Origin: Octopus bimaculoides
Lineage: Eukaryota
Assembly: GCF_001194135.2 (NCBI RefSeq)
Contig: NC_068983.1
Coordinates: 94,686,976 to 94,750,975, forward strand
DNA: 64,000 bases
Direction of reading: 5' to 3'
Positions within the stretch are counted from its first letter, which is position 1, and every line of letters starts with the position of its first letter. The position numbers and the translations under genes are program-made. The notes beneath the pieces are model-generated. The model was not told the DNA's origin and did no database searches. It saw nothing but the letters and a program-made list of their open reading frames with translations. Positions 62,865-64,000 of this stretch are shown piece after piece.

Positions 62865-63110
62865 GTCTGTTGACACAAATGATGGTAGGTGTTGATTACG
62901 CATTGAGAGTTATCTCCCCCTATTTCAACAGCTTGCTTCAGCAATAGAAGAAAAAAGTGAACTTTGGTCTGGGGACTTAACGATGTCGATATTGCCTATG
63001 AAGCGGAGTAGGAAGAGAACAAACATGAACACACACGCACATGGTGGGTCAAAAGTCATTCACAATATAAATTCGATACACTCCGAGATTGTCAGACATG
63101 CTTCAATTTT
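62865..63110 (-). promoter_or_regulatory. Putative 5' UTR/promoter of HSD17B4
   Basis: Directly upstream of the ATG, repeat-free, and visibly richer in CpG than the CpG-depleted surroundings. Confidence 0.4.
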
Positions 63111-63589
63111 TCTAAAACTGAATTAAGTTAATAAAATAGTGATGAATGCATACATATTTGTACAACATGAACAAAATTAATAATAATGATGGTAATAATA
63201 ATATTTAACGCAATACAATACCGGGAAGAGTTTGCACACTCCCAACAGTATTTTGCCTGGCGTGCTAACGATTCTGCTAACGATTCTGCCAGCTCACAGC
63301 CTTAATAACGATGATGATAATGATTTCTTTATTAACCACAAGGGTTTACATTAAGAAAACATTATGGACAGTGGAGGACAAAGCAAAGAATGTGTATGAG
63401 AGTGTGTTGTGAAGGTTTTGCATGTAAACAAGACTAACAAAATTATAAGAAAGGAAGGAAGAAAGAGATCAACAATGTGTAATTCTCAATAGGGAGGAGT
63501 CGTTCGAAAGCTGCTCATGGAAAAACCCCATAAAAAAACTGTGGGTACCCTGACTTTTGGGGCAGGTACCTATTTTCCTTGCCTTTTTT

Positions 63590-63900
63590 TTTTTTTTTCA
63601 ACAACAGGCATATGCTCAGGGCATGCCCGTTCACTTACACCATTCTCGCCACTTTCATCTACCTTTCAGCAAACTGGCCAGAAGACAATACTTCCCTCTC
63701 TACCCTTATTTTCCTTATCAAGTAAAACTTGAAGAAGTTGATTAGGGATTGGCCTAAGAGAAAAGTGTTTGTCTTCGGTTCCTTCAATCTCATCCACCAT
63801 ACAACCTCTTTCACCATGAACACCAGGCAAATAAACACAGTGTAGCGGGATGATGTAGCAAAAGATGTTGTTGAGGTAGAAGATAAAATAGGCATGTGTT
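63590..63900 (-). mobile_element. L1/Tx1-like LINE 3' end fragment
   Basis: KEVVWWMRLK...FLLGQSLINFFKFYLIRKIRVEREVLSSGQFAER*MKVARMV resembles Tx1-type ORF2 C-termini as I recall them. Confidence 0.4.
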
Positions 63901-64000
63901 CGACATCAAAGTAAAACAATGGGAAAGCATCAGATTGTGGTTTAAATAATTTGTTTTACTGACAACTGTATTTATATGTTTTATACACCAGAAAATTCAC

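Noticed and set aside
1-64000. Most ORFs in the six-frame track (those rich in X, YIYI, THTH or FFFF)
   Set aside because: They are open only because of N gaps, microsatellites or low-complexity sequence, and have no protein-family signal.

Overview
AT-rich, repeat-dense eukaryotic genomic DNA with many N gaps. The SINE families resemble those I associate with Octopus or another coleoid cephalopod; that assignment is an inference. Two host genes are recognisable. (1) Synaptogyrin (MARVEL domain) on the + strand, with three coding exons at 41033-41311, 44258-44400 and 54843-55037 (stop) followed by a long, transposon-poor putative 3' UTR; its first coding exon was not found. (2) The first coding exon of HSD17B4 (peroxisomal multifunctional enzyme 2; MASPLQFDGQVVLITGAGN-G) on the - strand at 62807-62864, which points back toward synaptogyrin. 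No further HSD17B4 exon was seen in the 62 kb to its left, so synaptogyrin may be nested antisense inside a very large HSD17B4 intron. The rest is a mobile-element landscape: decayed mariner and Tc1 transposons, an internally deleted Tc1/mariner element with intact TIRs, a mariner rearranged into long inverted arms, a tandem non-autonomous Helitron pair, TTAA-flanked piggyBac-type MITEs, RTE, CR1/L2-like and Tx1-like LINE fragments, Penelope-like elements with three hammerhead-ribozyme-like relics, many tRNA-derived SINEs, microsatellites and a ~300-bp intronic palindrome. Short (~10-N) gaps are routinely flanked by duplicated sequence. This is an assembly artefact and it also corrupts a synaptogyrin exon. 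No CRISPR array, rRNA gene or intact tRNA gene was seen.
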